DNA from: Octopus sinensis
Taxonomy: Eukaryota
Assembly: GCF_006345805.1 (NCBI RefSeq)
Contig: NC_043004.1
Location: 46,624,001 to 46,688,000 of the forward strand
DNA length: 64,000 nucleotides
Reading direction: 5' to 3'
Made by a program: the position numbers and the translations under genes. Positions 13,462-24,095 of this stretch are shown here, one piece after another. Positions within the stretch are counted from its first letter, which is position 1. The number at the start of each line of letters is the position of its first letter. Under the pieces are notes generated by a model, which had not been told where the DNA came from, did not search any database, and saw only the letters and a list, made by a program, of their open reading frames with translations.

Positions 13462-13503
13462 ACTGCTGATGATTACGTAAGTATGAAATCACTGTGATAC
13501 AGG
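13462..13503 (+). ncRNA. Type I hammerhead motif, copy 1 (stem I shortened by the inversion junction)
   Basis: CTG CTGATGA T TAC GTAA GTA T GAAA TCA CTG TGA T A CAG; predicted cut after 13499. Confidence 0.65.
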
Positions 13504-13945
13504 TCTATATTTTTAAATGTCTTACTTTGAAAAATTGCATTCGGTGGGATTAGTAATATTTTTGGTAGAAATGACTGATTGTCCCTCTTAGCGTTTGCCA
13601 TGTATGTATAATGCCATCTGGCATGTATGTATAATGCCCTATATATATATAAATTAATATGTTCAATAAGAAAGAAATAATTTATTTTCGAAATTTTTTT
13701 CTCTTATGAGGTTTTTACGCTATCTACCTGACAATTTCTTGTTAAGTTTTCCTTATTAAGTAGTTGTCCTTAATTGCTAAATTTTTATTCCGAAAAAACT
13801 TATCCTCTCCCGAAATGCAATTCGTAAAAGTTTGCCATTTACCCGGATGTAATATATGTAAACTCACCCATGTGCTTCGTTGATGTTGATCAGTTAGCTG
13901 ATCGGCTTAAGCGGGGCAGGTTCGTTGTTTATTTATAATACATTC

Positions 13946-13993
13946 AGGCCTGCTGATGATTACGTAAGTATGAAATCACTGTTATACAGGTCT
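13946..13993 (+). ncRNA. Type I hammerhead motif, copy 2 (one stem III mismatch)
   Basis: Stem I AGGCCTG/CAGGTCT (7 bp including one G.U); predicted cut after 13986. Confidence 0.7.
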
Positions 13994-14432
13994 ATATTTT
14001 TAAATGTCTTACTTTGAAAAATTGCATTCGGTGGGATTAGTAATATTTTTGGTAGAAATGACTGATTGTCCCTCTTAGCGTTTGGCATGTATGTATAATG
14101 CCTTCTGGCATGTATGTATAATGCCCTCTATATATATAAATTAATATGTTCAATAAGAAAGAAATAATTTATTTTCGAAATTTTTTTCTCTTATGAGGTT
14201 TTTACGCTATCTACCTGACAATTTCTTGTTAAGTTTTCCTTATTAAGTAGTTGTCCTTAATTGCAAAATATTTATTCCGAAAAAACTTTTCCTCTCCCGA
14301 AATGCAATTCGTAAAAGTTTGCCATTTACCCGGATGTAATATATGTAAACTCACCCATGTGCTTCGTTGATGTTGATCAGTTAGCTGATCGGCTTAAGCG
14401 GGGCAGGGTCGTTGTTTATTTATAATACATTC

Positions 14433-14480
14433 AGGCCTGCTGATGATTACGTAAGTATGAAATCACTGTGATACAGGTCT
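14433..14480 (+). ncRNA. Type I hammerhead motif, copy 3 (most intact)
   Basis: AGGCCTG CTGATGA T TAC GTAA GTA T GAAA TCA CTG TGA T A CAGGTCT; AUA triplet, predicted cut after 14473. Confidence 0.75.
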
Positions 14481-14615
14481 ATATTTTTAAATGTCTTACT
14501 TTGAAAAATTGCATTCGGTGGGATTAGTAATATTTTTGGTAGAAATGACTGATTGTCCCTCTTAGCGTTTGGCATGTATGTATAATGCCTTCTGGCATGT
14601 ATGTATAATGCCCTC

Positions 14616-14658
<43 letters not shown>

Positions 14659-14668
14659 ATATACATAC

Positions 14669-14701
<33 letters not shown>

Positions 14702-14711
14702 TGTATATATA

Positions 14712-15999
14712 TCAGGTCATCCACAAGTTCTGTCAGATTTTACCTTTTTTAAAATTGAAATGAAATTTTATAGTATTCTAGAATGTCTAATGGAATTAAA
14801 ATTTATTGTATGCATTTGTGTACATTTAAACTGATTAAATATTATTTTCAGAATAATAGAATTATATTTCTTTGATTAAAACCATTTTTAACATGGAAGT
14901 ATCCAAAGAGCATTTGAGGCACATAATGCTTTATGGGGGAAAAAAACAACCAAACTCTGCAACCGAATCGACTCGAAACATACACTCAGTTTATTGGAAA
15001 GAATGCTTGAATGAAAGAACTTACAGAAGATAGTTTGCAAAATACACAAATGGAGATTTTAATCTTGAAGATGAAGATCGATCAGGACGTCCAGCTGAGC
15101 TTGATCATAAGTTCCTTGGGGCATTACTTGACGAAAATCCTGCATTATCAGTTAAGAAATTGGCAATAAAGCTTAGTGCAAGCAATACAACTGTTCATCG
15201 TCATTTTCAACAACTTGGAAATCTTCCTAAACCTGGAAAATGGGTGCTTCATGAATTGTCGTAAAGGAAACGCAAATCCCGAGTCGACATCTGCTCTTCT
15301 CCCCACTCTTGCGAACTCATTTCACCCATTTTGGATAGACTTGTGACTGGTGACGAAAAATGGATCCTCTATCGAAATATTAAACGTCGTAAACAATGGC
15401 TTGGCAAAAGGGAAAACGCTCAAACACAACCGAGAAGGGAACTTCATGGGAAAAATGTTCTTCTCTCTATCTGGTGGGATTGCAAAAGAGTTATTCACTT
15501 TGAATTGTTACAACCTAATGCAACAATCAATGCTCAAGACTACTGTCAGCAATTTGAGCGTTTGAACCAAGCTTTGAAGACAAAAAGACCCGCTTTAGTC
15601 AATCGAAAAGGAATGAGGTTTCATTAGGGCAATGGCGACCCCACGCTGCAAAAATCTCATCAGAGAAGATCGAAGAGCTTGGTTGGGAAAAAAATTCCTC
15701 AACCACGTCATTCTCCTGACCTTGCTCCTTCAGACTAGCATTTGTTTCGTAGTTGACAGAATCATTTGGGAGACATAAGTTTCGCAAGCCAGGAGGCGGT
15801 CGAAACTGATATTTCAGAGCTCTTTGCTTTGAAACCAAATGAGTTTTATATTGATGGGATTAAAAAGCTTGTAAATAGATGGAAGGAAGTCATAGGTAAT
15901 GAGGGGAAGTACATTGATGATTAAATTTCAATCAAATATAGCATTTGATCATTTGTTTTCTTTATTCAAAATTCGGACAGAACTTAAGGGATGACCTGA
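14712..15999 (+). mobile_element. Full-length (1288 bp) inactive mariner
   Basis: About 30-bp imperfect TIRs (TCAGGTCATCC../..GGATGACCTGA) with TA on both sides. ATG at 14893, DRLVTGDEKW, SIWWD, HSPDLAPSD; several stops and frameshifts. Confidence 0.95.
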
Positions 16000-16012
16000 T
16001 ATATATTATATA

Positions 16013-16062
<50 letters not shown>

Positions 16063-16119
16063 TATATATATACATATATGTAGTAAACAAACAAAGTATA
16101 GGTTGCGCTAGATGAATGT

Positions 16120-16710
16120 ATCAGTGTTCAACAGACAGAACACAACAAAGAGAAAGTGGTAGACGAAAGCCGAGCAAACGAGTAATCAGACGGAAACTTA
16201 ACGAACATAGTAAAGGAAAGACACGATACACTGAATATTCGCACCTAATTTTTCCTCGTCAGTCAAACTAAAGTATCGTCGTAGTTTCGTGACTTGTTCC
16301 ATTTCCCGTTGCACTACCACACTCTGTTGCAAGGTTCTCTCTGATGTATTTGCGGTATTTGTATAATTATAATTATAATTATTATAATCTTCCGTTGTCT
16401 ATAGCCGTAAGGCTTCGTGTTGTTTTAAATGCACAATTCTTCGTCTGTGGTATTTATGTAAATTTTTTTGCCTCTGTCTTAGTTTAAATTTCTTAGCTTT
16501 TTCCCAGCAGCTTAAAAACAGCAACGGCGCCTCGGGGATTGAGTGGTCGCAATGATATTGGCACGAAACCACGATGATATTTTGATATATTGACTGACGA
16601 GGAAAACTCAGGTGCTAATATTCCGTGTATCGTGTCTTTGTCTATATTCCCCGTCCCTCATATTTCCGTCCACCTTCCTGTTTGCTCTGCTTTCCTCTAT
16701 ATTTTCTCTT
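16120..16710. repeat. Old imperfect inverted pair (about 16120-16330 and 16520-16710)
   Basis: TTTTCCTCGTCAGTCAA vs TTGACTGACGAGGAAAA, and GACACGATACAC vs GTGTATCGTGTC. Confidence 0.65.
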
Positions 16711-16733
16711 TGTACACACACACACACACACAC

Positions 16734-16768
<35 letters not shown>

Positions 16769-17073
16769 CGTACATACATATGTGTGTAGAAGACTACTGA
16801 TCTACCGTCCAGTGCACCTAATCATTGAGCTGACTAGCCCATTAGACAGCTAATTTCACACCTAATTGACTAAACAATCTATAATCAGTCAGCCTAGAGG
16901 TCAAATAAATAAGTAAAAGTAAATATCTGTAATTAAATTAATGATTACAATTCAAAATTTTAAATACTTGCAATTTTTTACAGATGCAAGCTCCTACTAC
17001 AATTTGCTCATGCATTCATACACCAGAACAAAATTCAACATACATATAGATGCGTAAGCACACACTGATATAA

Positions 17074-17132
<59 letters not shown>

Positions 17133-17145
17133 ATATATATATATG

Positions 17146-17333
17146 TAGGTCCCGGGTTGATTCGGGGTTAACCACAGTAAATAAGGTACTCAATACATAG
17201 TAGAGTAAAATTAATTTATTATATAGAAGGAGCTTCTACAGGACTAGAACTGTTTCATTCAAGAGAAATCTTCAGGAAGCTTCCTGAAGATTTCTCTTGA
17301 ATGAAACAGTTCTAGTCCTGTAGAAGCTCCTTC

Positions 17334-17342
<9 letters not shown>
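17146..17342. mobile_element. (TA)n-flanked element ending in a perfect 126-bp palindrome (17217-17342) that encodes the same HHR on both strands
   Basis: Palindrome centre 17279/17280. Plus strand: AGCTTC CTGAAGA T TTC TCTT GAA T GAAA CAG TTCTAGTC CTG T A GAAGCT (17278-17328), GUA triplet. Confidence 0.85.
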
Positions 17343-17422
<80 letters not shown>

Positions 17423-18316
17423 ATATATATATACATGTATATACGTATACACCTGTGCACACTCACATACAACACCCATACACTTAAGTACACACACGCC
17501 AATATACTCAAAGAATTATAATATATATTATATTGTTATATTGACCCATACATGGATACATACATATGTCAGTTTCAACAAATGGCCTCCCATACATGTA
17601 TTAATATACATAACAACAATATTAATAGGACGTAAATAAGTTTTAACTGCAAAGCAAATATCAAGCAAATACATATCTAAAAGTGGGTGTAGGGTGTAAA
17701 GTTATTATTAAAGTGTTAAATAATTATTTAGAATGTATTACATACATAATTATTATGTATGTATTGCAATAAAATTAAATATATAGTAACAAGAATAATG
17801 ACCCCAGCAGAAATATCCGCCCACCAAAACGTTGGAGTGACACTGTTACCCTTATTAAAAGAGTAATTATTTTAGATCAGAGCCGCCGGAAAAACACAAC
17901 ATGGATTGCATGCCTAGTTTTGGAAATTTCATGTACTATGCCTACTTAATAATTAAACCGTACATTGTTTTAAGTAGGGAAAATTTGGAAAAAAATCCAT
18001 AAAACAACCGAAGCTGAAATCGGCGAAACGTGATTGAAGCCAATAAAATATATATTTTGCCTATACTACATTTTTAACCTCAAAACTCAAAAGTCTATAC
18101 GCTAAAGCCCTCTTTAGTGTATAGGGCTCGAAGCAACCTGTGATTCCCTATTTTCCTTGTCCCTTAGCATCATTCCCAATTTTGCTACAGGCTTATGTAA
18201 ATTATGCATGCCAAACTCAGCTTGAGAATTGGTCTGATGAAATATTTCATCATCTCAAATTCAATATAAGTATAACTGTTTGTAGCCATTTCCTTACTTG
18301 CTTTACAGTGTTAATA

Positions 18317-20238
18317 ATGATCAGACAGTGTGGAAATCTTCCTGATTTGTTTTGTTATGTCTGTGGACAATTTAATCTGAAAACTCAAAAACGTACAATA
18401 AAACCAGTGATCAAGAAGATTTATAAGCTATACTTTGACTGTTCTTTTAGAGATCAGGACAAGTTATGGGCACCGCATTTTATCTTCTCAGCTTGCTCAA
18501 ATGGCTTACGTGACTGATTCAATAATAAGAAATCTAAGTCTTTTGCCATTCCAATGACATGGAAGCGGTGGGAAGACCATTTTAATGACTTTTTGCAAAG
18601 GAAATGTCAGAGGATTTTCAATAAACAATAAACACAAAATTGTGTATCCCAATTTGGATTCTGTAATGAGACCTGCGCTTCACAATTCCAGTTGCACCAG
18701 ATGATGATATTGACTGTCCTGCTGAGGAAGGTTACGTAGCTGATGAAGATAGCTTTGATCCTCAGAAACTGTACCCAAGTTGAACTGGATGATCTTGACA
18801 GAGACTTCCCATCTCAAAAGTTAAAGCAAGAACTGTTGACATCAAAACTGAAGAAGATGTATCTGCTAGAGCAAGGAGTTACTATAACTTATTTTTGGCA
18901 AAGAAATGTGGTTCTACAAACGTGTTCTTTCTGTTGAAGGCCCGCTTTGCTGTTGCAGTAACATCGATGGAATTTTCGAATATTTACCACAAACTCATGA
19001 TCCTATAGAGTGGCGTTTGTTTATTGATTCTTCAAAACAAAGTTTAAAAGCTGTACTTCTGCATAATGGTAATTTGAAGCCTTCGATTCCTATTGCAGAC
19101 TCCTTTCATGTTCATGAATCATATGAGAATATGGAGCTTTTATTTCATGCCATTGCCTATGAAAGATACTCATGGAAAATATGTGGAGATTTAGAAGTCA
19201 TTGGAATGTTAATGGGAATACAATCCGGTTTCACAAAAGACCCTCTGTTTCTTGTGTCTATGGGATAGTCGGGCAACTGACAGGCATTATTCGGAATCAA
19301 ACTGGGAGACAAGAGCATCATACCAGCAAAGACGGCCTAGCGTCAACTATGCACCTCTTGTGAGATCTATGTAATAACTTATTGCCTCCTTTGCACATGA
19401 AACTTGGTCTGACGGAACAGTTTGTAAAGGCACTAAAGAAGAAAAGTGCCAGAGGGTTTAAGTATATTGTAGAAAGGTTTCTTAAAATCACACAGGCAAA
19501 GTTGAAAGAGGTATCCTTGTCGGACCCCAAAATTAGAGACGTACTCAAAGATGTCAACTTCAAGGACAACACTGGCTGAACTAGACCTGCCTGTCTGGAA
19601 TGCTTCCAATTGTGTGTGTAAGAATTTCTTGGGCAACAAGAAGGCAATGAGCTACAAGAATGGCATCAAGAATCTTTTGAAATGTTACTCAGGAATGAAT
19701 TGTCGCATTTCCTTGGAAGTTCACTTCTTGGACTCCCATCTGGATTTCTTCGCAGATATCCTTGGAGCAGTGTCTGATAGACATGATGAAAGATTTCACC
19801 AGGACATTACTACTATAGCGAAACGGTACCATGACTTCTGGAATGACAGTATGTTGGCTGACTACTGCTGGATAATTTACAATGACCAACTAGATCAGGA
19901 TCGCCGCAGGAAATACAAATCACAAAGTCTCTAACTCTGTTGTTCTAATTTTGTCTCTTTTGTCTGACTCATTTTGTGTATTCACTATTTGTAAAATGAT
20001 AGTTATGATTTTCAACTCAATAAACTCATTTCCTTTCTAAAGATAATATGTCCTTATTTATTACGTTAATGATTTTATATATATATATATAAATATGTAA
20101 ATATTTTCATGTATATACTGAAAAATGTATATGTGCTCCACACAAATGGGGGGAAACTTTGAAATCAGCATGAAAAATTAGTCTAACTTTGGTTTGATTT
20201 CATAATGAGTATAATATATTTAATTTTGTTGACCAGTG
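18317..20238 (+). mobile_element. Decayed DNA transposon, probably Chapaev3/CMC-type
   Basis: N-terminal C..N.PD.FCYVCG..DQDKLWAPH zinc-finger-like region, WRLFIDSS, KICGDLEV, PPLHMKLGL, VHFLDSHLDFF..GAVSD.H.ERFHQD..MLADYCW (ends 19934). Likely 3' terminus CCAGTG at 20238. The superfamily name is from memory of these motifs. Confidence 0.75.
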
Positions 20239-20740
20239 TGATTAGATGTTTTTACACACACACACACGTCTGTGTGTATATTCCTGTATGTGTGTACGTG
20301 TGTATGTATGTGTATATGTACATATGTTTACATGTATGCATGTATGCATATGGGAAAATATTGCAGTCATTTGTTTTTGAGCAGAGCTTTTTTCTGTACG
20401 CCCTATTACTGAATGATGAGACATTGTATCCAATAACGCATCCTACGTGAAAGTCACATCATGAGCGGCATGTTAACTCCACATTTTTAAGAACGCCTGA
20501 AGCTGATACTTCTGTGATTGAAAAAAACTCTGATTACAAACAGAGTATAGCTAAAATGTTTTCATTCGTGATTCATTAAATAAAATAAGTTCACATTCAA
20601 AGATACAAATCAACGCTACGTGGGGTTATGAGCAACAAACTATTGTGTATACATGCAGGATATTAGCAAAAGACCTTAAACTATGACTGAAAGAGTAATG
20701 CACACTACAAATGTTTTCAAAGACCTAGAGTGTATTTTGC

Positions 20741-21002
20741 GGAGGCACATGGCCCAGTGGTTAGAGCAGCAGATTCGCGGTCGAGGGATCGCGGGTTCAT
20801 ATCTCAGACCGGGCGATGTGTGTGTTTATGAGTGAAAACACCTAGGCTCCACGCAGCTCCGGCAGAAGGTAATGACCGACTTCTACTGACTCTTTCGCTA
20901 CAGCATGCTCTCACTCTTTCCTCCTGCATCTTGCAGTTCACCTGCGACGGGCCGGTGTCCCGTCCAGGTGGGGAACCTATACACCAAGAAAACCTGGAAA
21001 AA
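20741..21002 (+). mobile_element. tRNA-derived SINE, family C, with a Meta/V-domain-like core
   Basis: A box TGGCCCAGTGG (20750-20760), B-box-like GGTTCATATC (20794-20803), CCTGCGACGGGCCGGTGTCCCGTCCAGG core. Confidence 0.75.
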
Positions 21003-22554
21003 GGATTAATAATAATAAGAAGAAGAAAACAAGAAGAAGTGTGTAGTTTAAAAAATAAGTAAGTCTGTGAAATATAATTTTCAGTTATAGATTGTTATAG
21101 TAAAGCAACTGATACTGTACGAGAAACATATCCTGCAGTGGATGCATTTTGTTAATCAGATACTAATGTATCATTTTACCAGCATAATTCGGCCTGGTTA
21201 TATGCTAGCGTTGCTATATTTGGGATTGTACCGAAGAAAGTGGCGTTGGCTATCGTGGAATATTTTATTTGAGGTTTGAGGGATCTATGTTAAATTTCAT
21301 TTCAAAAGGAAATGCAAATACTTCTTGGATTGGATATGCTACTGGTTGAAGTAAAGTGGGGAGTAAAATATCAAAAATGACATTACCGTGCTTATGAAGA
21401 GATTAAAAACATTTTGTATTTGCAAAAGTAATAAATACAACTTAAAGGAAATGACGAAGAACGCAGAAGCTAAAGTAATCTCTGAAATACTTCATTGCGA
21501 AAATTCTTCATTTATATGTTTAGTGAAAGTATTATGGAAATATATCATCACCGATTATGGTCATACGACCAAAAGGAAGTGGGCTTTGTTCTGACTGTTG
21601 TCTACAATGGATTTATATCACCTCCACGCGTAGTTTGTAATATTTCAAGAAGAAATGATTTTTTCCGGATATTTTCCTGTGCAGGTTAAAATGTCGTTTG
21701 GAAATTTTAAATAAGTTTAATGTAGTTGTTTACTTAGTGACAGTGAACCGTTTTTGTGCTTCTGCATTACAGGGAAGACGCATGAGACGGTTTTATGAAA
21801 GTGAATCTATTTTGAAAGTATGCTGTAAAATAAACGGCTGTAATAGTGATTGTTTTATGCTGCAGCGGCATACACGCGTAGTAGCAATCATTCTGGAAGT
21901 TTAAAATTGATGGTAACTTTGACAAAGCAATATAATGGCAATGGGAATATTTGAGAACCAAGTCATTGGAATGAAGATTGAATATTTCAGGCTGCTTTCG
22001 TTTTGAAATTAGTTTGTGCAATCAGACGAAATATATTATAGTTAAGTAGAACATTACATGAGAAATACATGCCGAGTGCTACGTTTTCTAGCGAATAACT
22101 GTAGATCAGAAATACAGAAGCTTGCAGATTTTTCATGTTAACAATACATCAATTTTAACTTCGGAAAGAACTGGTGTTATTGACAGTGTCCTCAATTAAA
22201 TCAACATAAAACAGATTATCAGGGCTAAATTCTATGTTAGGAAATGTTACTTCAAACCACAATATTGTTTTCTATATAAAGCATTATGAATTGGATAATG
22301 AGGTACTTATACCACAAAAAAATGGAATCATACATACTATATGTCCTACGACTTTAGCGATATCAACACTGACTCATTTTCAAGTCGATGTATGTAATCT
22401 ACATACTAATAGAGTAATATTAAGATTATACCTCAAAGGCGAGAAAATGGTAGAACCGTTACCATGCCAGAGAAAATACATGGTGGTCGTTCTTCCGAAT
22501 TTATATTCTGAGTTAAAATTGCCCCTAGCTGGACTTTGCCTTTAAACCTTTTCC

Positions 22555-22655
22555 ATTACGATGAAATAAATACCAGTCAAGCACTGGAGTAATGTAAACG
22601 GATACTACCCTCCCATAAAATTGCTGGCCTTGCGACAACAGTAGAAATGATTATA
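22555..22655 (+). mobile_element. SINE family A 3' fragment
   Basis: GATGAAATAAATACCAGTCAAGCACTGG..AAAATTGCTGGCCTTG tail. Confidence 0.55.
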
Positions 22656-24002
22656 TACTTTTAATCAAAAATTGATGATGGAACAGAAGTATTGATCACT
22701 GACAACATCTTACTCAGGAAGTTGCTACCATGTATACTTATTTTTTTATTGGATTTTCTACACCATTTTAAAGACTCATGGTTATTATCAAAGACATCTG
22801 AATAACGAACATAAGATTATTTTGTTTATAAATATCGAACGTAGGACCATAAATTAGGCATTTTTCTAAGTGTTATTTGAAATTGGATTGACTACTATTC
22901 TGTTTAGAGACTTCCTCTAGCGAATTTGGATGTGCGCAAATAAGATTTGTTACTTCCTCAAAAACAATTATTTTTTGGAAATGAAGTGAACCTTTTAAGT
23001 CGGGAATACTTGTAGCTAGTTTTCCTTATTTTTTTCTTTCAGAAATTATTTTAACGATAATGCACTAACAGCTTAATTTTTTTATTCGAGACATCAGACA
23101 TAATTTAAGAGGAGCGGGCACTATCTGTTAAGTATTTATCCTTTTGGAGAAGATCAGTAGCGTAATTAAAGTGAAAGAGCTTCGAGCATAAATTGAAAGT
23201 GTATCGTAGTGTCTGCTGACTGTTGCTCATGCCTGATTATAAATCTCATTAAAATATTGGAAAAAAAACTATCGGTTTTTAAGAAAATAGATTACTTTCT
23301 GAGATCTGGCGTGTCTTTTGAATCTGATTTAAATTTTAATTTTATCTCCATCAAGTAGAAAAGAATAGATTATCAGTAATATGTTTTTGAACAGCCTTTT
23401 TTTTTATTAATTTCTTTTCATTTCTGAATCAAACATTTGGTTTTAATTTTTACTCATTACACACATATACTTTCACTGACAATTCCGAATGAAAAAAGAT
23501 TAATATAAATTGATGTATTTTTAATTTTAAAAGAGCAATTTCAAAGAAGCAATTCTGGGTATTTTCCAACATTTAAAGATCATAAAATTCCATTTTCACC
23601 CCTTCACCACCATTCAGTCATTAAAACACTAGAATGTTCTTGTAAGTAGCGTGACTGGCTGATTGAAACTGTAATGCAAAACTGCATAGACAATCCTCAT
23701 ATTTTTGCAGTTTTAATTCTTAGAAGGTAGCATTATCAAATTCACTCTGCATTCTCATTTAGATGAATTGATAATATATTAATAATTTATAGAAGTAATG
23801 AATATCTTTGACATAAAAGTTCATGTAGCAGTGTATTTTAAATTTGCTATTAGCTACAATTGAATTGATCGATAACAATGGTTAATATTCATTGTTATAC
23901 TGTCGTAATGTTTCATCTTCCCGTATGGATATTATAATCATTGATTCTGTGCCGTATGACTTCCGGTTTTCTGCTACCAATCTTCTTGCTTTCAATGTTT
24001 CC

Positions 24003-24003
24003 T

Positions 24004-24064
<61 letters not shown>

Positions 24065-24095
24065 ATATCTATCTATCTCTCTGTCTATCTATCTA
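24003..24095. repeat. (ATCT)n microsatellite at the 5' junction of the Tx1 element
   Basis: Read directly. Confidence 0.95.

Larger units (their letters stand above)
13290..14616 (+). mobile_element. HHR-bearing tandem element: inverted 5' arm (13290-13463) plus about 2.4 copies of a 487-bp unit, flanked by (TA)n
   Basis: CTGATGA starts at 13466, 13953 and 14440 (period 487). Units differ at roughly ten positions by eye. The left arm is the reverse complement of part of the unit. Confidence 0.9.

Noticed and set aside
13463-14616. CRISPR-like or ordinary satellite interpretation of the tandem arrays
   Set aside because: No spacers, eukaryotic context, and the inverted arm plus ribozyme per unit fit PLE-type retroposition better.
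18232-18255. CTGATGAAATATTTCATC as a hammerhead
   Set aside because: Short palindrome with no GAAA, stem III or NUH in register.
20741-20815. tRNA gene
   Set aside because: A/B boxes are present but there is no acceptor stem, and it continues into a SINE body.
21767-22021. NDCYYACMPLQHKT resembling a GPCR DRY/TM3 region
   Set aside because: No flanking transmembrane helices in any frame; likely chance.
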